Below are positions 28,735 through 39,591 of a DNA stretch of 64,000 nucleotides, one piece after another (position 1 is the stretch's first letter; every line of letters starts with the position of its first letter). The notes under the pieces were generated by a model, which saw only the letters and a list, made by a program, of their open reading frames with translations, was not told the origin of the DNA and made no database searches. The stretch covers positions 25,352-89,351 of the forward strand of contig JAFUTJ010000015.1 in assembly GCA_017471445.1 (NCBI GenBank), read 5' to 3'. The DNA is from Alphaproteobacteria bacterium (GTDB lineage Bacteria; Pseudomonadota; Alphaproteobacteria; Rs-D84). Made by a program: the position numbers and the translations under genes.

Positions 28735-29034
28735 TTACATTGGCATCGGCATGCCTGCGGTGGCTGCGCCCATTACCATGTCTATTTTTGCGTCGGCCTT
28801 GGCCTTGGCATCATTATATGCATCCATAACCAATTTTGTAATTGCCGCCGCATCGCCGTTTACTGCATCTGGCCGCAACATCAGATTTAACAAATCGTAC
28901 TTGCCCGACATTTCAATAATGCACGCCCCGCCACCGGCAATACCCTTGACCGACGTGTGTGCCAATTCTTCTTGGGCAGATGCAACCTTGGCCTGTAACT
29001 GGGCTGCCACAGTCATCAAATTTTCCATATCCAT
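28735..29034 (-). CDS. ybaB: Nucleoid-associated protein YbaB/EbfC
   Basis: 99 aa with a typical YbaB core: MMQKAQQMQ-like region and GGLVKVTMTG-like region. Confidence 0.85.
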   Translation of the reverse strand: MDMENLMTVAAQLQAKVASAQEELAHTSVKGIAGGGACIIEMSGKYDLLNLMLRPDAVNGDAAAITKLVMDAYNDAKAKADAKIDMVMGAATAGMPMPM

Positions 29035-29104
29035 TTATTCCCCCACTTGTTTATACAAATCCACCCTAAACGCCCCGCATAAATGCGGGGCAATTTATAT
29101 TTTA

Positions 29105-31330
29105 TTAATCGTCGTCTTCGGCGGCATTTTGTTCAACATCACCCGGCATATCTGTTTCTTCACCGGTTGTTTGGTCAATACCAATCATTGACATGCGTGT
29201 TTTGCCGCGTTTATCAATCCCCATATAGCGAACAAACACTTCATCCCCTTCTTTCAGGTTCGCGTCCGCAATTTTTTTATAACGCTTGCCTGTGATTTCA
29301 GAAATGTGCACCATGGATTCGAAACCATTCAAGATACGAACAAATATTCCGAAATCCTTTACACCGGTAATTACGCCCGGGTATATTGCACCAACCTCGG
29401 GTTCGGCAACAATTTCTTTAATGCGGCGGATTGCTTCATCTGCATCATCTTTTGATGTTGCCATGATTTTTACCGTACCATCATCTTCCAGGTCAATTAT
29501 CGTGTTTGTTTCACGCGTCAGTGCCTGAATAACAACGCCACCCTTGCCGATAACATCACGAACTTTATCCGGATTAATCTTGATATTGTATGCCTGGGGC
29601 GCGAACTCAGAAACCTTGTCACGCGGGGCCTTAATCGCATCGTGGATTTTACCCAAGATGTGCATACGTCCATCCTTGGCCTGGGCCAATGCACGTTCCA
29701 TAATTTCGAACGTTATTGATGTGATTTTAATATCCATCTGTAACGCGGTAATACCTTGGTCGGTACCGGTTACCTTGAAATCCATATCACCCAAATGGTC
29801 TTCATCACCCAAAATATCCGTCAATATTGCAAAATCATCGCCTTCTTTGATTAAACCCATGGCGATACCGGCAACCGGACGTGTCAATGGTACACCACCA
29901 TCCATCATTGCCAATGTTGCACCGCATGTTGTTGCCATTGATGAAGAACCATTTGATTCCAAAATATCGGAAACAACACGGATTACATAATCAAATTTTT
30001 CACGCGACGGAACCATTGGATGCAGCGCACGCCATGCCAAGTTGCCATGTCCAATTTCACGACGGCCCGGCGAACGCAGGCCCTTGGCCTCTCCAACGGA
30101 ATAACCAGGGAAATTATAGTTCAAAAAGAAATCACGTTCTTCGCCACCATCTAATCCTTCTAAGGGTAACGCATCTTTGCCCCCCCCCAGTGTCAATGAT
30201 ACCAGTGCCTGGGTTTCACCACGTGTAAACAGTGCCGACCCATGTGCACGTGGCAACACACCCAATTCAATTTCAATTGGGCGAACCGTCTTGGTATCGC
30301 GCCCATCAATACGCGGTTTACCGGCCAAGATATTCCCACGCATAATACGCGCCGTTAAGTTTTCAATAATTTCATCCGCCCACGATTCCAACGTTGATGT
30401 GGCGGTCGTTGTTTCCGGGAACATTTCCACAATGCGCGCCTTGGCCGCCGTATGAATCGTCCCCAGTGTTTCCAAACGAACCAACTTTTCCTTGATTTGC
30501 AGTGCCGTTTCAATATCGCCTGCGAAATCATTGAACGCAGATTCCATTTCAACATATTCCGGTGATTTTTCTGGCACGCCCCAGCGTTCTTTGCCCGCGC
30601 GTTCGGTCAATTCATTAATTGCCTTGATAACAACCTGTTGTGAATCAAAACCATATTTTACCGCGCCCAAAACCGTTTTTTCATCTAATTCGCCGATTTC
30701 AGATTCAACCATCAACACACCATCGCATGTTGCAGCAACAACCAAATCCATTTCAGAATCTTCACAGAATTTTTTAGACGGGTTTAATATATACCGCCCA
30801 TCGGCATAGCCAACACGTGCCGCGCCAATTGGCCCCTGGAACGGAACACCCGACAAAGATAATGCCGCCGATGACGCAATCATTGCCAAAATGTCCGGCT
30901 GATTTTTACGGTCATATGAAAACACCTGGGCAACAATCTGAACCTTGTTCTTGAATGTATCTGGGAATAACGGACGAATTGGCCGGTCAATCAGACGCGC
31001 AATCAATGTTTCGCCCATTGATGGTTTACCTTCGCGGCGGTCACGCGAACCCGGAATACGCCCAGACGATGCAAATTTTTCTTGGTAATCAACGGTCAAC
31101 GGAAAGAAATCCTGGCCTTCGACCGCAGATTTTTCCGCACACACCGTTGCAAGTACCATTGTTCCACCCATTGTCGCCAATACAGAACCATTTGCCTGTT
31201 TCGCCATGCGCCCCGTTTCCAGACGTAATGTTTCATCGCCATATTTTACCTCTACCGCGATGGGATTATTCAGTATATTTTTTGACTTTTGGCCTTTTTC
31301 TTCTTTTTTATTTATAAAACCAAATAACAT
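29105..31330 (-). CDS. pnp: Polyribonucleotide nucleotidyltransferase (PNPase)
   Basis: 741 aa with two RNase PH domains, a KH domain and an S1 domain. Start MLFGFINKKEEK... Confidence 0.95.
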   Translation of the reverse strand: MLFGFINKKEEKGQKSKNILNNPIAVEVKYGDETLRLETGRMAKQANGSVLATMGGTMVLATVCAEKSAVEGQDFFPLTVDYQEKFASSGRIPGSRDRREGKPSMGETLIARLIDRPIRPLFPDTFKNKVQIVAQVFSYDRKNQPDILAMIASSAALSLSGVPFQGPIGAARVGYADGRYILNPSKKFCEDSEMDLVVAATCDGVLMVESEIGELDEKTVLGAVKYGFDSQQVVIKAINELTERAGKERWGVPEKSPEYVEMESAFNDFAGDIETALQIKEKLVRLETLGTIHTAAKARIVEMFPETTTATSTLESWADEIIENLTARIMRGNILAGKPRIDGRDTKTVRPIEIELGVLPRAHGSALFTRGETQALVSLTLGGGKDALPLEGLDGGEERDFFLNYNFPGYSVGEAKGLRSPGRREIGHGNLAWRALHPMVPSREKFDYVIRVVSDILESNGSSSMATTCGATLAMMDGGVPLTRPVAGIAMGLIKEGDDFAILTDILGDEDHLGDMDFKVTGTDQGITALQMDIKITSITFEIMERALAQAKDGRMHILGKIHDAIKAPRDKVSEFAPQAYNIKINPDKVRDVIGKGGVVIQALTRETNTIIDLEDDGTVKIMATSKDDADEAIRRIKEIVAEPEVGAIYPGVITGVKDFGIFVRILNGFESMVHISEITGKRYKKIADANLKEGDEVFVRYMGIDKRGKTRMSMIGIDQTTGEETDMPGDVEQNAAEDDD

Positions 31331-31531
31331 TAGTTTTTCTCCATTTTTTCTTTGTTTATTTAATTATTTTTCACATTTTTGCGGAGAAAAATCATTCGTC
31401 TTTACGCTCTCTTGCCGGGGGAATACCCCCACAAAAAAAATGGCAAGCGTAAGAAAGAATAATTTCAATCCCCGCCACGCGCGATTATAAAACATATTTG
31501 CGCTTTTGCAAGTGTGTTATTTTGTAAATAT

Positions 31532-31559
31532 AAAAACACCGGCGTTTGTCGGTGTTTTT
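31532..31559 (-). terminator. Bidirectional rho-independent terminator (AAAAACACCGGC..CGGTGTTTTT)
   Basis: Stem CACCG/CGGTG flanked by an A-run and a T-run, downstream of the membrane-protein gene and upstream of the pnp leader. Confidence 0.45.
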
Positions 31560-31574
31560 GTTAATAAAACTCTA

Positions 31575-32171
31575 TTAAATCATACACGCCAATGCCGCCG
31601 ATGTATTCTTTAACATAAACCAACCAATGCGGTAATCGGTTATATAAATTGTCGCCATGAACAATGCCAATATTGCAATAATTACAACCACATTTGCACG
31701 CCGACCACGCATGCAATATACCGATATGTTATAGAACAAGAACAACACATACGCATCGGCAATCATGCTGATAATCCACATGCTGGTGCAATTAAAGGCA
31801 AATGCGTTCAACACCAAAATCATCGGGTACATAAAGAACACAGATGCCAATCCCTTGACCGCGATTTCCCAATCACGTTCACCGCCGGTTATTTCCGATA
31901 CAAACATTAACAGTCCCGCCATCACAAACAACAACGCAACCGCCACAACCGGTGTTATAATAATCGCGGTAAAAAGTCCAGAAAGTGTTATACTGGCCCC
32001 GCCAATAACGCGTAATATCAATACCAACACGCCGCCAATCAACCCATATAAAAATGCACGAAACATCGAATCATCCAGGTTTCCATCGGCAACAATTTTT
32101 GTGAAATAGCGACGTGGATTAACCAAAACATCGCGAACGTGTTTCCATGCGTTTGTTAGTTTCTTTTTCAT
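31575..32171 (-). CDS. Yip1-family membrane protein (putative)
   Basis: 198 aa with five predicted TM helices. The N-terminus NPRRYFTKIVADGNLDDSMFRAFLYGLIGG is typical of the Yip1/DUF1282 family. Confidence 0.45.
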   Translation of the reverse strand: MKKKLTNAWKHVRDVLVNPRRYFTKIVADGNLDDSMFRAFLYGLIGGVLVLILRVIGGASITLSGLFTAIIITPVVAVALLFVMAGLLMFVSEITGGERDWEIAVKGLASVFFMYPMILVLNAFAFNCTSMWIISMIADAYVLFLFYNISVYCMRGRRANVVVIIAILALFMATIYITDYRIGWFMLKNTSAALACMI

Positions 32172-32240
32172 CCCATTTCACCCTTTATTTGATTATTTGT
32201 ATTTTTGCCTTATAATTATAAAAAATCAATGGAAAAAACG

Positions 32241-33590
32241 ATGATAAAAGTTACTATTGCTGGCCGTCCGAATACGGGTAAATCAACACTGTTTAACGCA
32301 TTAACCGGAACGCGTGATGCGATTGTACACGACCGTCCGGGCGTGACACGCGACACAAACAACGGTACATTTCGTGACCGCCCATGGTCATTGCGCGATA
32401 CTGCGGGGCTGGAAAATGCGAAAAACGGCATTGCCGCCGATTCAACAAATATGGCAATATCTGCGATAACAGATGCAGATGCGATTTTATTTGTTGTTGA
32501 TGGACGCACAGGCGTAACCGCGTCAGATATTGAATGGGGGCGTATGGTTCGCCGTAAAACACGCGCGCCGGTATTATTATTGGTAAACAAAGCAGAATCA
32601 GAAAAACGATTGGTGGACATTAATGAATTTTATAAATTGGGATTTGGTGCACCGGTCTTAATTTCCGCAGAACACAAGAATGGATTTGATGCGATATACG
32701 AATTCTTGGACAAAATCGCGCCCGCAAATGATGCAACAAACACACAAATAAATACATCAAACGAATCTGATACGCGCATAAAAATTGCGGTTCTGGGGCA
32801 ACCGAATGTTGGTAAATCAACATTTGTAAATCGTGTATTGGGCGTAAACCGCCAAATCGTTATGGATGCGCCCGGCATTACCCGTGATACGGTAAAATTT
32901 ACAACAAAATTTTACGGGCGCGATATTATGATAATGGATACCGCCGGCCTGCGGCGCAAGGCGGGCGTGACAGACGACGTAGAAACATTGGCCGCACTAA
33001 AATCACTGGATGCGATTGACAAAGCAGATGTTGTTATCTTAATCGTTGATGCAACCCGCGACATAGAAAATCAGGCATTATCAATCGCAGCACGTGTATA
33101 CGACGCAGGGCGTATTTTATGCGTTGCACTGAATAAATGGGATTTGGTACCACCCGAATTACGCGATGACAAATTACTAAAATTAAAGCATCAGTTTACA
33201 AATTCTTTTCATCAGATAATAAAGCCGATGATATTGGCAATTTCTGCGGAAACAGGAACCGGCGTGCAAAATATGTTTCGCCGTATTTATGAACAGTGGG
33301 ACATTTCATCGAGCACCGTCCCAACCAGTTTATTAAACAGAATCGTTGAAAAATTGGTTATTGAACGCCAACCACCAATGTCACGGTTAAAACGTCCGAT
33401 GAAAATAAAATTTGCACGCCAAACCGGCCGCCACCCAATGCGTATATCAATTAATGTTGGCGGCGCATCCGACATACCAGAATCGTATACGCGTTATCTG
33501 CGACGCGGTATTGCAACGGCATTACATTGGGAACATTTGCCGATTACGATTGATTACAAAAAATCGGAAAATCCGTTTGATGACAAATAA
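32241..33590 (+). CDS. der: Ribosome biogenesis GTPase Der (EngA)
   Basis: Two tandem GTPase domains (GRPNTGKSTLFNAL; GQPNVGKSTFVNRV) and a KH-like C-terminus. Alternative upstream ATGs lie at 32229 and 32205. Confidence 0.9.
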   Translation: MIKVTIAGRPNTGKSTLFNALTGTRDAIVHDRPGVTRDTNNGTFRDRPWSLRDTAGLENAKNGIAADSTNMAISAITDADAILFVVDGRTGVTASDIEWGRMVRRKTRAPVLLLVNKAESEKRLVDINEFYKLGFGAPVLISAEHKNGFDAIYEFLDKIAPANDATNTQINTSNESDTRIKIAVLGQPNVGKSTFVNRVLGVNRQIVMDAPGITRDTVKFTTKFYGRDIMIMDTAGLRRKAGVTDDVETLAALKSLDAIDKADVVILIVDATRDIENQALSIAARVYDAGRILCVALNKWDLVPPELRDDKLLKLKHQFTNSFHQIIKPMILAISAETGTGVQNMFRRIYEQWDISSSTVPTSLLNRIVEKLVIERQPPMSRLKRPMKIKFARQTGRHPMRISINVGGASDIPESYTRYLRRGIATALHWEHLPITIDYKKSENPFDDK

Positions 33591-33621
33591 AAAAATCCCT
33601 GTGCATAACACAGGGATTTTT
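33591..33621 (+). terminator. Bidirectional rho-independent terminator between der and the TPR gene
   Basis: Stem TCCCTGTG, loop CATAA, stem CACAGGGA, flanked by an A-run and a T-run. Confidence 0.5.
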
Positions 33622-33644
33622 ATTCCCAAGGAAAGGAAACACTT

Positions 33645-34637
33645 TTATTCGGCCAACGATGACATCAAACCATCAATTCGCAACACACTGTCATTATCCC
33701 CCAGTGCAACCGCAATTGTACGCGCCGAATCCAAATCAGACATTGCCGCCGTGCCATTGCCAATCTGAACATTCAATGCGGCAGAACGTTCAAAATAACT
33801 CATGGCACGCGAAGATAACGATTCACGTTCTTCTGCGGTATATTTGCCCTGAATTTGTTCTGATATTACGCGTATAGCCGACGCATAATCTTCAATAGCA
33901 GAACTATACTGGCCGACTGCGGTATATGCCTCGGCACGTTCTGCATATACATTATAATTGACCATGCCGTCCGGTCGCGCCAAAGAATTTGTATAATCGG
34001 CAATTGCACCATCCCAGTTTTTTATCCACAAATTCAACTGGCCACGTTTTGCATATAAATCACGCATCGCCAAAACGCTGTTTGATTCTTGGGCGGCCGC
34101 CGCCATGGCATTATTAATATCGTCCAACGCCATATCATAATTTTCCATTCTGGCATGTAACAACGCACGGTCATAAAACGCCATAGAACTGGTCGGGGAT
34201 ATTTCCAGCGCACGATTAAAATCGCTCTCCGATGCGGCATAATTACCAGATAACATGTACGCTTCCCCGCGCAGGACATACATTTCTGGCGTTGGATTTT
34301 CGGCCGCAATCGCCGCATTTAAATCTGCCAACGCTTCATCAACATTTCCCGCCAACAGTTTTTCCCGCCCAGATTCATAGTATTGCGCACCGCCGATTAA
34401 CGCTTCTTCGGTAATTTCAACATTATCTGTTTGACGTTGATTTAATATACCGTGACTGCGACCCAAGATATAAAATGTTGCCGCAATAAAGAATAAAATT
34501 ATAAACCAATATACATATATTGACAGCGACCACGGATTAAACTTTGTCCGCGCAGATGTACGTGGAATTTCATTGCGTGCCGCGGCGCGTGTGGTTTTCT
34601 TAACCGTTGTCTTTTTGGTGGATGCTTGTTTTTTCAT
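33645..34637 (-). CDS. Membrane-anchored tetratricopeptide-repeat protein
   Basis: A basic N-terminus, one TM helix, then repeated TPR-like units (AxxYxxxGxxYxxxGxYxxA). Confidence 0.7.
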   Translation of the reverse strand: MKKQASTKKTTVKKTTRAAARNEIPRTSARTKFNPWSLSIYVYWFIILFFIAATFYILGRSHGILNQRQTDNVEITEEALIGGAQYYESGREKLLAGNVDEALADLNAAIAAENPTPEMYVLRGEAYMLSGNYAASESDFNRALEISPTSSMAFYDRALLHARMENYDMALDDINNAMAAAAQESNSVLAMRDLYAKRGQLNLWIKNWDGAIADYTNSLARPDGMVNYNVYAERAEAYTAVGQYSSAIEDYASAIRVISEQIQGKYTAEERESLSSRAMSYFERSAALNVQIGNGTAAMSDLDSARTIAVALGDNDSVLRIDGLMSSLAE

Positions 34638-34664
34638 GTGTATCTCCCTTCCGTTGATTGAATA

Positions 34665-35372
34665 TTAGAGAGTTTTTACAATCGCGTCAACGGTTTTCTG
34701 TGGAATCATACTTATTTCCCCAACCGGTAAATTTCCCAATTCAATCGGCCCAAACGAAATACGGTGTAATTTACGCACCGGACACCCCACACTGCGCAGG
34801 ACAATCCTGACCTCGTTCTTTTTGCCTTCGGTAATTTTGACGCGTAAATTATTTTCACCAATAACATCTATCTGCATTGGGCGGTATTTTATACCGTCAA
34901 CCGTAATACCATGGCGCGCCCGGTTCAGACCGTCGGCATTAATCGCGTTTACAGTTGCAATATATACACGCGGAATATTTGCCGTCGGCAATGTTAATTT
35001 GCGTGCCAATTCACCATTGTTGGTCATTAATAATAATCCCGTTGTCCGATAATCCAATCGCCCAACATAACGCAGGTTTCTATATTCATCACCCAAACAA
35101 TCATATATCGTTTTGCGTCCCATTGGATCACGGGCGGTTGTCATAACATTTAACGGCTTATGAAACATATATAAACGTGTTTCGTCTGGTGACGTAATTA
35201 CAGTACCATCAATTGTCACCGTATCAGATTGTGTGACAAAATGCACCGGCGAATTAATTATTACACCATTTATTGCGACACGCCCCGCGGAAATCATTTC
35301 TTCGGCAACACGCCGCGATGCCGCACCACATTCTGATATAAATTTTGCGATACGTACATTCATTCGTTGCAA
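34665..35372 (-). CDS. rRNA pseudouridine synthase (RluB/RsuA family, S4 domain + PseudoU_synth_2)
   Basis: N-terminal S4 domain MRIAKFISECGAASRRVAEEMISAGRV. Catalytic region LVGRLDYRTTGLLLMTNNGELA carries the conserved Asp. Confidence 0.8.
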   Translation of the reverse strand: MQRMNVRIAKFISECGAASRRVAEEMISAGRVAINGVIINSPVHFVTQSDTVTIDGTVITSPDETRLYMFHKPLNVMTTARDPMGRKTIYDCLGDEYRNLRYVGRLDYRTTGLLLMTNNGELARKLTLPTANIPRVYIATVNAINADGLNRARHGITVDGIKYRPMQIDVIGENNLRVKITEGKKNEVRIVLRSVGCPVRKLHRISFGPIELGNLPVGEISMIPQKTVDAIVKTL

Positions 35373-36016
35373 ATCCTGTCAATTGCAATTACGGCGGCCA
35401 ATTCTGCGCGTAATATGTTATGCCCCAACGATATTCCATGCGCGCCGCATTTGTCCAATGTCATAAATTCCGCATCGGAAAGCCCCCCCTCGGGTCCGAC
35501 CAATATATTATTTGATTGCATGCGTTGTGGTAAATCGCGCCCACGCGACGCACGTTCATCGGCAAAGACAATGTTTGCATGGTCTAAATCACCAAATTGT
35601 ATGGTGTCGGAAATTTCTGGAACCGTGTTGCGATTTGATTGTTCTGATGCCTCTATCACGATGCGGTGCATACGTTCCCAATTTATATTCTTGGCAACAG
35701 TGTGTTCGGTTATAACCGGAATAAACCGGGAAACACCCATTTGCGTTGCCATGTTTAATAATTCATCGGTCTTTTTTATTGGTGCAAAGTATAATGTTAT
35801 ATCGCGCATAACGTCGCCATGGTTTGTTTTGTCACCAATAAAGAACATTTTCCCATCATCAGAAATTGTTGCATAAAATTCATTACCGCCACCAAACGCC
35901 AAAAATTCCCGCCCACGCATTACACGCGTTAAATAATGCGCAGCATCGCGCGGTGCTGGTATTTTTATACCCGCCGCCACATCATTTCCAACAAAGATTC
36001 GCGGAATATTTTTCAT
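35360..36016 (-). CDS. rsmE: 16S rRNA (uracil1498-N3)-methyltransferase
   Basis: It starts MKNIPRIFV... The C-terminus has the RsmE signature ILVGPEGGLSDAEF. The ORF track begins earlier, at 36055, but that would leave only 6 nt before the divergent virD4 start. Confidence 0.85.
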   Translation of the reverse strand: MKNIPRIFVGNDVAAGIKIPAPRDAAHYLTRVMRGREFLAFGGGNEFYATISDDGKMFFIGDKTNHGDVMRDITLYFAPIKKTDELLNMATQMGVSRFIPVITEHTVAKNINWERMHRIVIEASEQSNRNTVPEISDTIQFGDLDHANIVFADERASRGRDLPQRMQSNNILVGPEGGLSDAEFMTLDKCGAHGISLGHNILRAELAAVIAIDRICNE

Positions 36017-36061
36017 ATGGGCCTTGGTAATATTTCGTTTTTCTGATATAATCATAAAGCA

Positions 36062-38296
36062 ATGGCAGAGAAATTCAAGATTTTATCAGCGGGCGGTTCA
36101 TCCAAGGGCCTGAATATATTCAAGTCCGATGCCTATAAAGAGCACGAGCGCAAGCCCATGGCCCAGATTTTCTGGTCGCTGCGCTGGGCAATTGGTATAT
36201 GGCTGGCGGCCGCGGCGGCATTTTGTCTGGCCTTTATTGCGGAACATTTCTGGCGATACGGTTTTTCACCTGCATCATGGCGATGGGCGGGGTTATATAT
36301 GCGTGGTGTCATTATGACGTGCGGATTATCGGTCGTTGCCGAAATACCCGCGTGGATAACGCGCAGTATTGTTCGTGCCGATTTTGCCTGTATCGCACCA
36401 TTGTTGCCAATAATTGCGTATTATTTCCTGTCTGATAAAACATTGACCGGTGAATTTAACCCGTATGGCAAAGATAAATTTGACGAAAAATCATCAAACA
36501 AGGCAACCGCCGACGATATTAAGAAAATGGGTAAAGGCAAAGAAGGACTATTTGCCGGGTTTATGATGGTACTGGGATATTTCAAAAAAAAGCCGTTGAT
36601 GATGGATGAATGCCTGTCTGCATTGTGTGTTGCCCCCCCGGGAACCGGTAAAACCCAGGCTGTGTGCATCCCCACAATCTTGGAATGCAATAATGTTTCA
36701 ATGATTATCAACGACCCAAAACCGGAATTAAAACAAAAAACAAGTGCATATCGCGCAACCGTTGGACCGGTATTTATAATGAACTGGGCGGGCCAAGATG
36801 ACCCAGAACGCGGCGTTTATTATCCGTCGTGGAACCCGCTGTCGCCCGAACATGTTCCGTTTAACCAAGAACAACGCGACCTGTATATCGATTCAATTTG
36901 TAATGTATTGGTGCCGGACGCAACGGGGTCATCCGCCGACCCACACTGGACAATTTCTGGACGGGCGGCGTTATCAGGTATGATTCAATTCATCGTATCA
37001 AAAATTGAACGCGCCAAGGCAGATGATTATTTCTTTGCGCGTATGCAATCAGGCGAATTTAATTCCGAAGACGCAACCGTTTTACAGGATTATTATCTGT
37101 CTATGCGTGACGACCCGAACGCATATGCGGCGTTGGCAATGCTGCAACGCGGGGAATTGAATGCAACAAATTATGTACATGTTGGAACATGGGCAAATAT
37201 TCCAGACGCATGGTTAGGCAAAGAATCATCGTTATCTATGATACTGGACTGGTTAAATGCGGCGCAATTGGCCAACGCCCAAGAATTGGAAGAACGCCGC
37301 CGCGCCGGTGACCAAATGGTTATGATGGCCGACCCAATGAAAGATGTTTTGGAAAACGCCGTGAACGAGGCACGTCGTTATTCATACGCGCACCGCGCAG
37401 TTTTGGAATTAACACAACTGGCAAACACACCAGATAAAGAACGCGGTTCTATTTTATCAACCGTTATGGCGGGGTTATCAATATTCCGTAATGCCGCGGT
37501 TCGTAACCGGACCAGTCATTCTGACTTTCACTTTGCAGACTTACGCGGTCTGCGCGACCCACGCGACGGAAAAATTAAGCCAGTTACGGTGTACCTGTCC
37601 ATTAACATGGTCGATGCCGAGGCGTTAAACCCAATTACCGGTATATTTATTGAATTAATGTCATCTTTCTTGTTGGCCAATGCACCAGAACAAATGCGCG
37701 ATGGCGTACGCATGGGGCCATACCCGGTGTTATTTGTATTGGACGAAATGCCCAAAATGCAAAAGTTACAAGCGGTGATTCAGGGACCCGACCTGGGGCG
37801 TGGGCAACAGATTTCATACCTGATTATCGGCCAGGATTTACACCAGATTCAAGAAAAATATGGTGCAGATGCGGCGGCAACAATTATCTCTACCACTGCG
37901 GCAAAAATTGTTCTGCGACAAAACGACCCAGATTCTGCCAAACGATTTTCAGATATGATGGGTTATAAAATGAAAGTCAAAAAGGTCAAGGGTGCCGACG
38001 GCAAAGAAACCGAACAAACCGGTGAAGAATTATTATATTCACCAATGGATATTATGAAGTTGGATGATAACAAACAACTGGTTATATTCCAGGGATGGTA
38101 CCACCGCCCGATAGAGGCAGAAAAACGCTATGCATACAAAGATGCGAAATTGGCGCAATTTATGTCCATGGGTGAATCAACACCATTACCAGAATTTTTG
38201 ATACCATCGCATCATGCGGCAATGGGATATGACGGTACGCCACGCGTATATAACCCAATGACACACGAAATACGCATGGTTAATGTCGGTGGCTAA
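36062..38296 (+). CDS. virD4: Type IV secretion system coupling protein (VirD4/TraG family)
   Basis: It has two N-terminal TM helices, Walker A (VAPPGTGKTQAV) and Walker B (VLFVLDEMPKM), and is 744 aa. The first ~150 nt use noticeably GC-richer codons (aag, ctg, gag) than surrounding genes. Confidence 0.85.
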   Translation: MAEKFKILSAGGSSKGLNIFKSDAYKEHERKPMAQIFWSLRWAIGIWLAAAAAFCLAFIAEHFWRYGFSPASWRWAGLYMRGVIMTCGLSVVAEIPAWITRSIVRADFACIAPLLPIIAYYFLSDKTLTGEFNPYGKDKFDEKSSNKATADDIKKMGKGKEGLFAGFMMVLGYFKKKPLMMDECLSALCVAPPGTGKTQAVCIPTILECNNVSMIINDPKPELKQKTSAYRATVGPVFIMNWAGQDDPERGVYYPSWNPLSPEHVPFNQEQRDLYIDSICNVLVPDATGSSADPHWTISGRAALSGMIQFIVSKIERAKADDYFFARMQSGEFNSEDATVLQDYYLSMRDDPNAYAALAMLQRGELNATNYVHVGTWANIPDAWLGKESSLSMILDWLNAAQLANAQELEERRRAGDQMVMMADPMKDVLENAVNEARRYSYAHRAVLELTQLANTPDKERGSILSTVMAGLSIFRNAAVRNRTSHSDFHFADLRGLRDPRDGKIKPVTVYLSINMVDAEALNPITGIFIELMSSFLLANAPEQMRDGVRMGPYPVLFVLDEMPKMQKLQAVIQGPDLGRGQQISYLIIGQDLHQIQEKYGADAAATIISTTAAKIVLRQNDPDSAKRFSDMMGYKMKVKKVKGADGKETEQTGEELLYSPMDIMKLDDNKQLVIFQGWYHRPIEAEKRYAYKDAKLAQFMSMGESTPLPEFLIPSHHAAMGYDGTPRVYNPMTHEIRMVNVGG

Positions 38297-38310
38297 GGAT
38301 GCGTTGGTAA

Positions 38311-39567
38311 TTGAGACAGCATATAACCATCTTGTTCGCGTTAATATTGTCTGCATGCGGCGCATCTTTTGAAATGCGCATGGATGTGGCGCGCCATGCA
38401 ACATTGACCGGTGATTTCGCCACGGCAAATGAATTTGCGGCCAATTCCGATGTTTCCAATATGAATGATTTGGAATTATTGGTAACGGGCGGTGCATTAT
38501 TTAATATGGGAAATTATTCCGCATCGGATGCCGCGTTCGAAGAATTTAACCACCGCAATATTAACATGACCGGATTTTCTGTGTCACGTGAAATGGCAAC
38601 TGTTTCCGGTGGTGCAATGGCCGCCCAATACCGGCCGTATATGATGGATTCACTGTTCGTGTCGTATTACCAGATTTTAAGTGCACTGGCCGAAAACCGG
38701 TGGTCGGATGCACGTGTAATAATAAATCAATCGTATGCGCGGCAACAAAAAATGTCGCGTGAATATAAACAATTACTGGCCAATCGGAAAAACGACACCG
38801 CCACAGCCGCACAATTGGCCGAAAATATTCGTAATGAAAATTCACAATGGGCGGCATATGCCGATATAATGAACCCTGCATTAACATATTTGGCGGGTAT
38901 TTATTTCTTGGCCGACCACGATTGGGCAAATGCAGAAACATACCTGGGACGGGCAGATGGTATGACGCAAAACACCCAATGCATTGCAACAGATTTATCA
39001 ATGGCCCGCGCCAAGACCGCACCACATGACAACACATGGGTATTTATTGAAACCGGTATTGCCCCACGGTTAACAGAACGCCGCATAACCATACCATGGA
39101 TTGTTGGCAACGGCATGTCAATGATATCAATTGCAACCGCAACACCAAAATTTACAAACGATACAACGCGCATATCGGGCGGCGAATTAATCGCAGACAT
39201 TGATAAAATGTTTATGACAGAATTTAATGAATACAGCGTAAATAACGCCATACGCGCGGCAATTGGTGCCGCCGCACGCGCTGTATTACAATCGGTTGCA
39301 TATAATGGCAATTCACGTTATTCGCCGTTGTTTGGATTGGGGGCAACAATATTTTCGGTTGCAACCACATCGGCCGATGTGCGTTCGTGGGCAACATTAC
39401 CCGAATATATATATGTAATGCGCACGGATACACCAAAAAGCGGCTTGCTTGAAATAAAAGCAAATGGTAATGTGATTGCAAACGTACCAATGCCGAATGC
39501 CGGTAATCACATCGTATATATACGCGTTGGCGTAAACACGACCGCACACGTTATGGATTTAAGATAA
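38311..39567 (+). CDS. Lipoprotein, uncharacterised (possibly the COG3014-type protein often encoded next to LpoB)
   Basis: Lipobox LSAC in MRQHITILFALILSACGASF. 418 aa. It starts 14 nt after the virD4 stop. Confidence 0.55.
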   Translation: MRQHITILFALILSACGASFEMRMDVARHATLTGDFATANEFAANSDVSNMNDLELLVTGGALFNMGNYSASDAAFEEFNHRNINMTGFSVSREMATVSGGAMAAQYRPYMMDSLFVSYYQILSALAENRWSDARVIINQSYARQQKMSREYKQLLANRKNDTATAAQLAENIRNENSQWAAYADIMNPALTYLAGIYFLADHDWANAETYLGRADGMTQNTQCIATDLSMARAKTAPHDNTWVFIETGIAPRLTERRITIPWIVGNGMSMISIATATPKFTNDTTRISGGELIADIDKMFMTEFNEYSVNNAIRAAIGAAARAVLQSVAYNGNSRYSPLFGLGATIFSVATTSADVRSWATLPEYIYVMRTDTPKSGLLEIKANGNVIANVPMPNAGNHIVYIRVGVNTTAHVMDLR

Positions 39568-39591
39568 CAAGATAAAAAAAGGAGAAAAAAT

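Noticed and set aside
36340-36360. DnaA-box-like words (GTTATCCAC-type) suggesting oriC near gyrB or virD4
   Set aside because: These are single imperfect matches inside coding sequence. There is no cluster of boxes, AT-rich DUE or dnaA/dnaN linkage.
36062-38296. Interpreting virD4 as evidence for a complete T4SS or conjugative element in this window
   Set aside because: There are no virB/tra genes, relaxase, integrase or tRNA-flanked boundaries nearby. The only tRNA is 25 kb away behind housekeeping genes.
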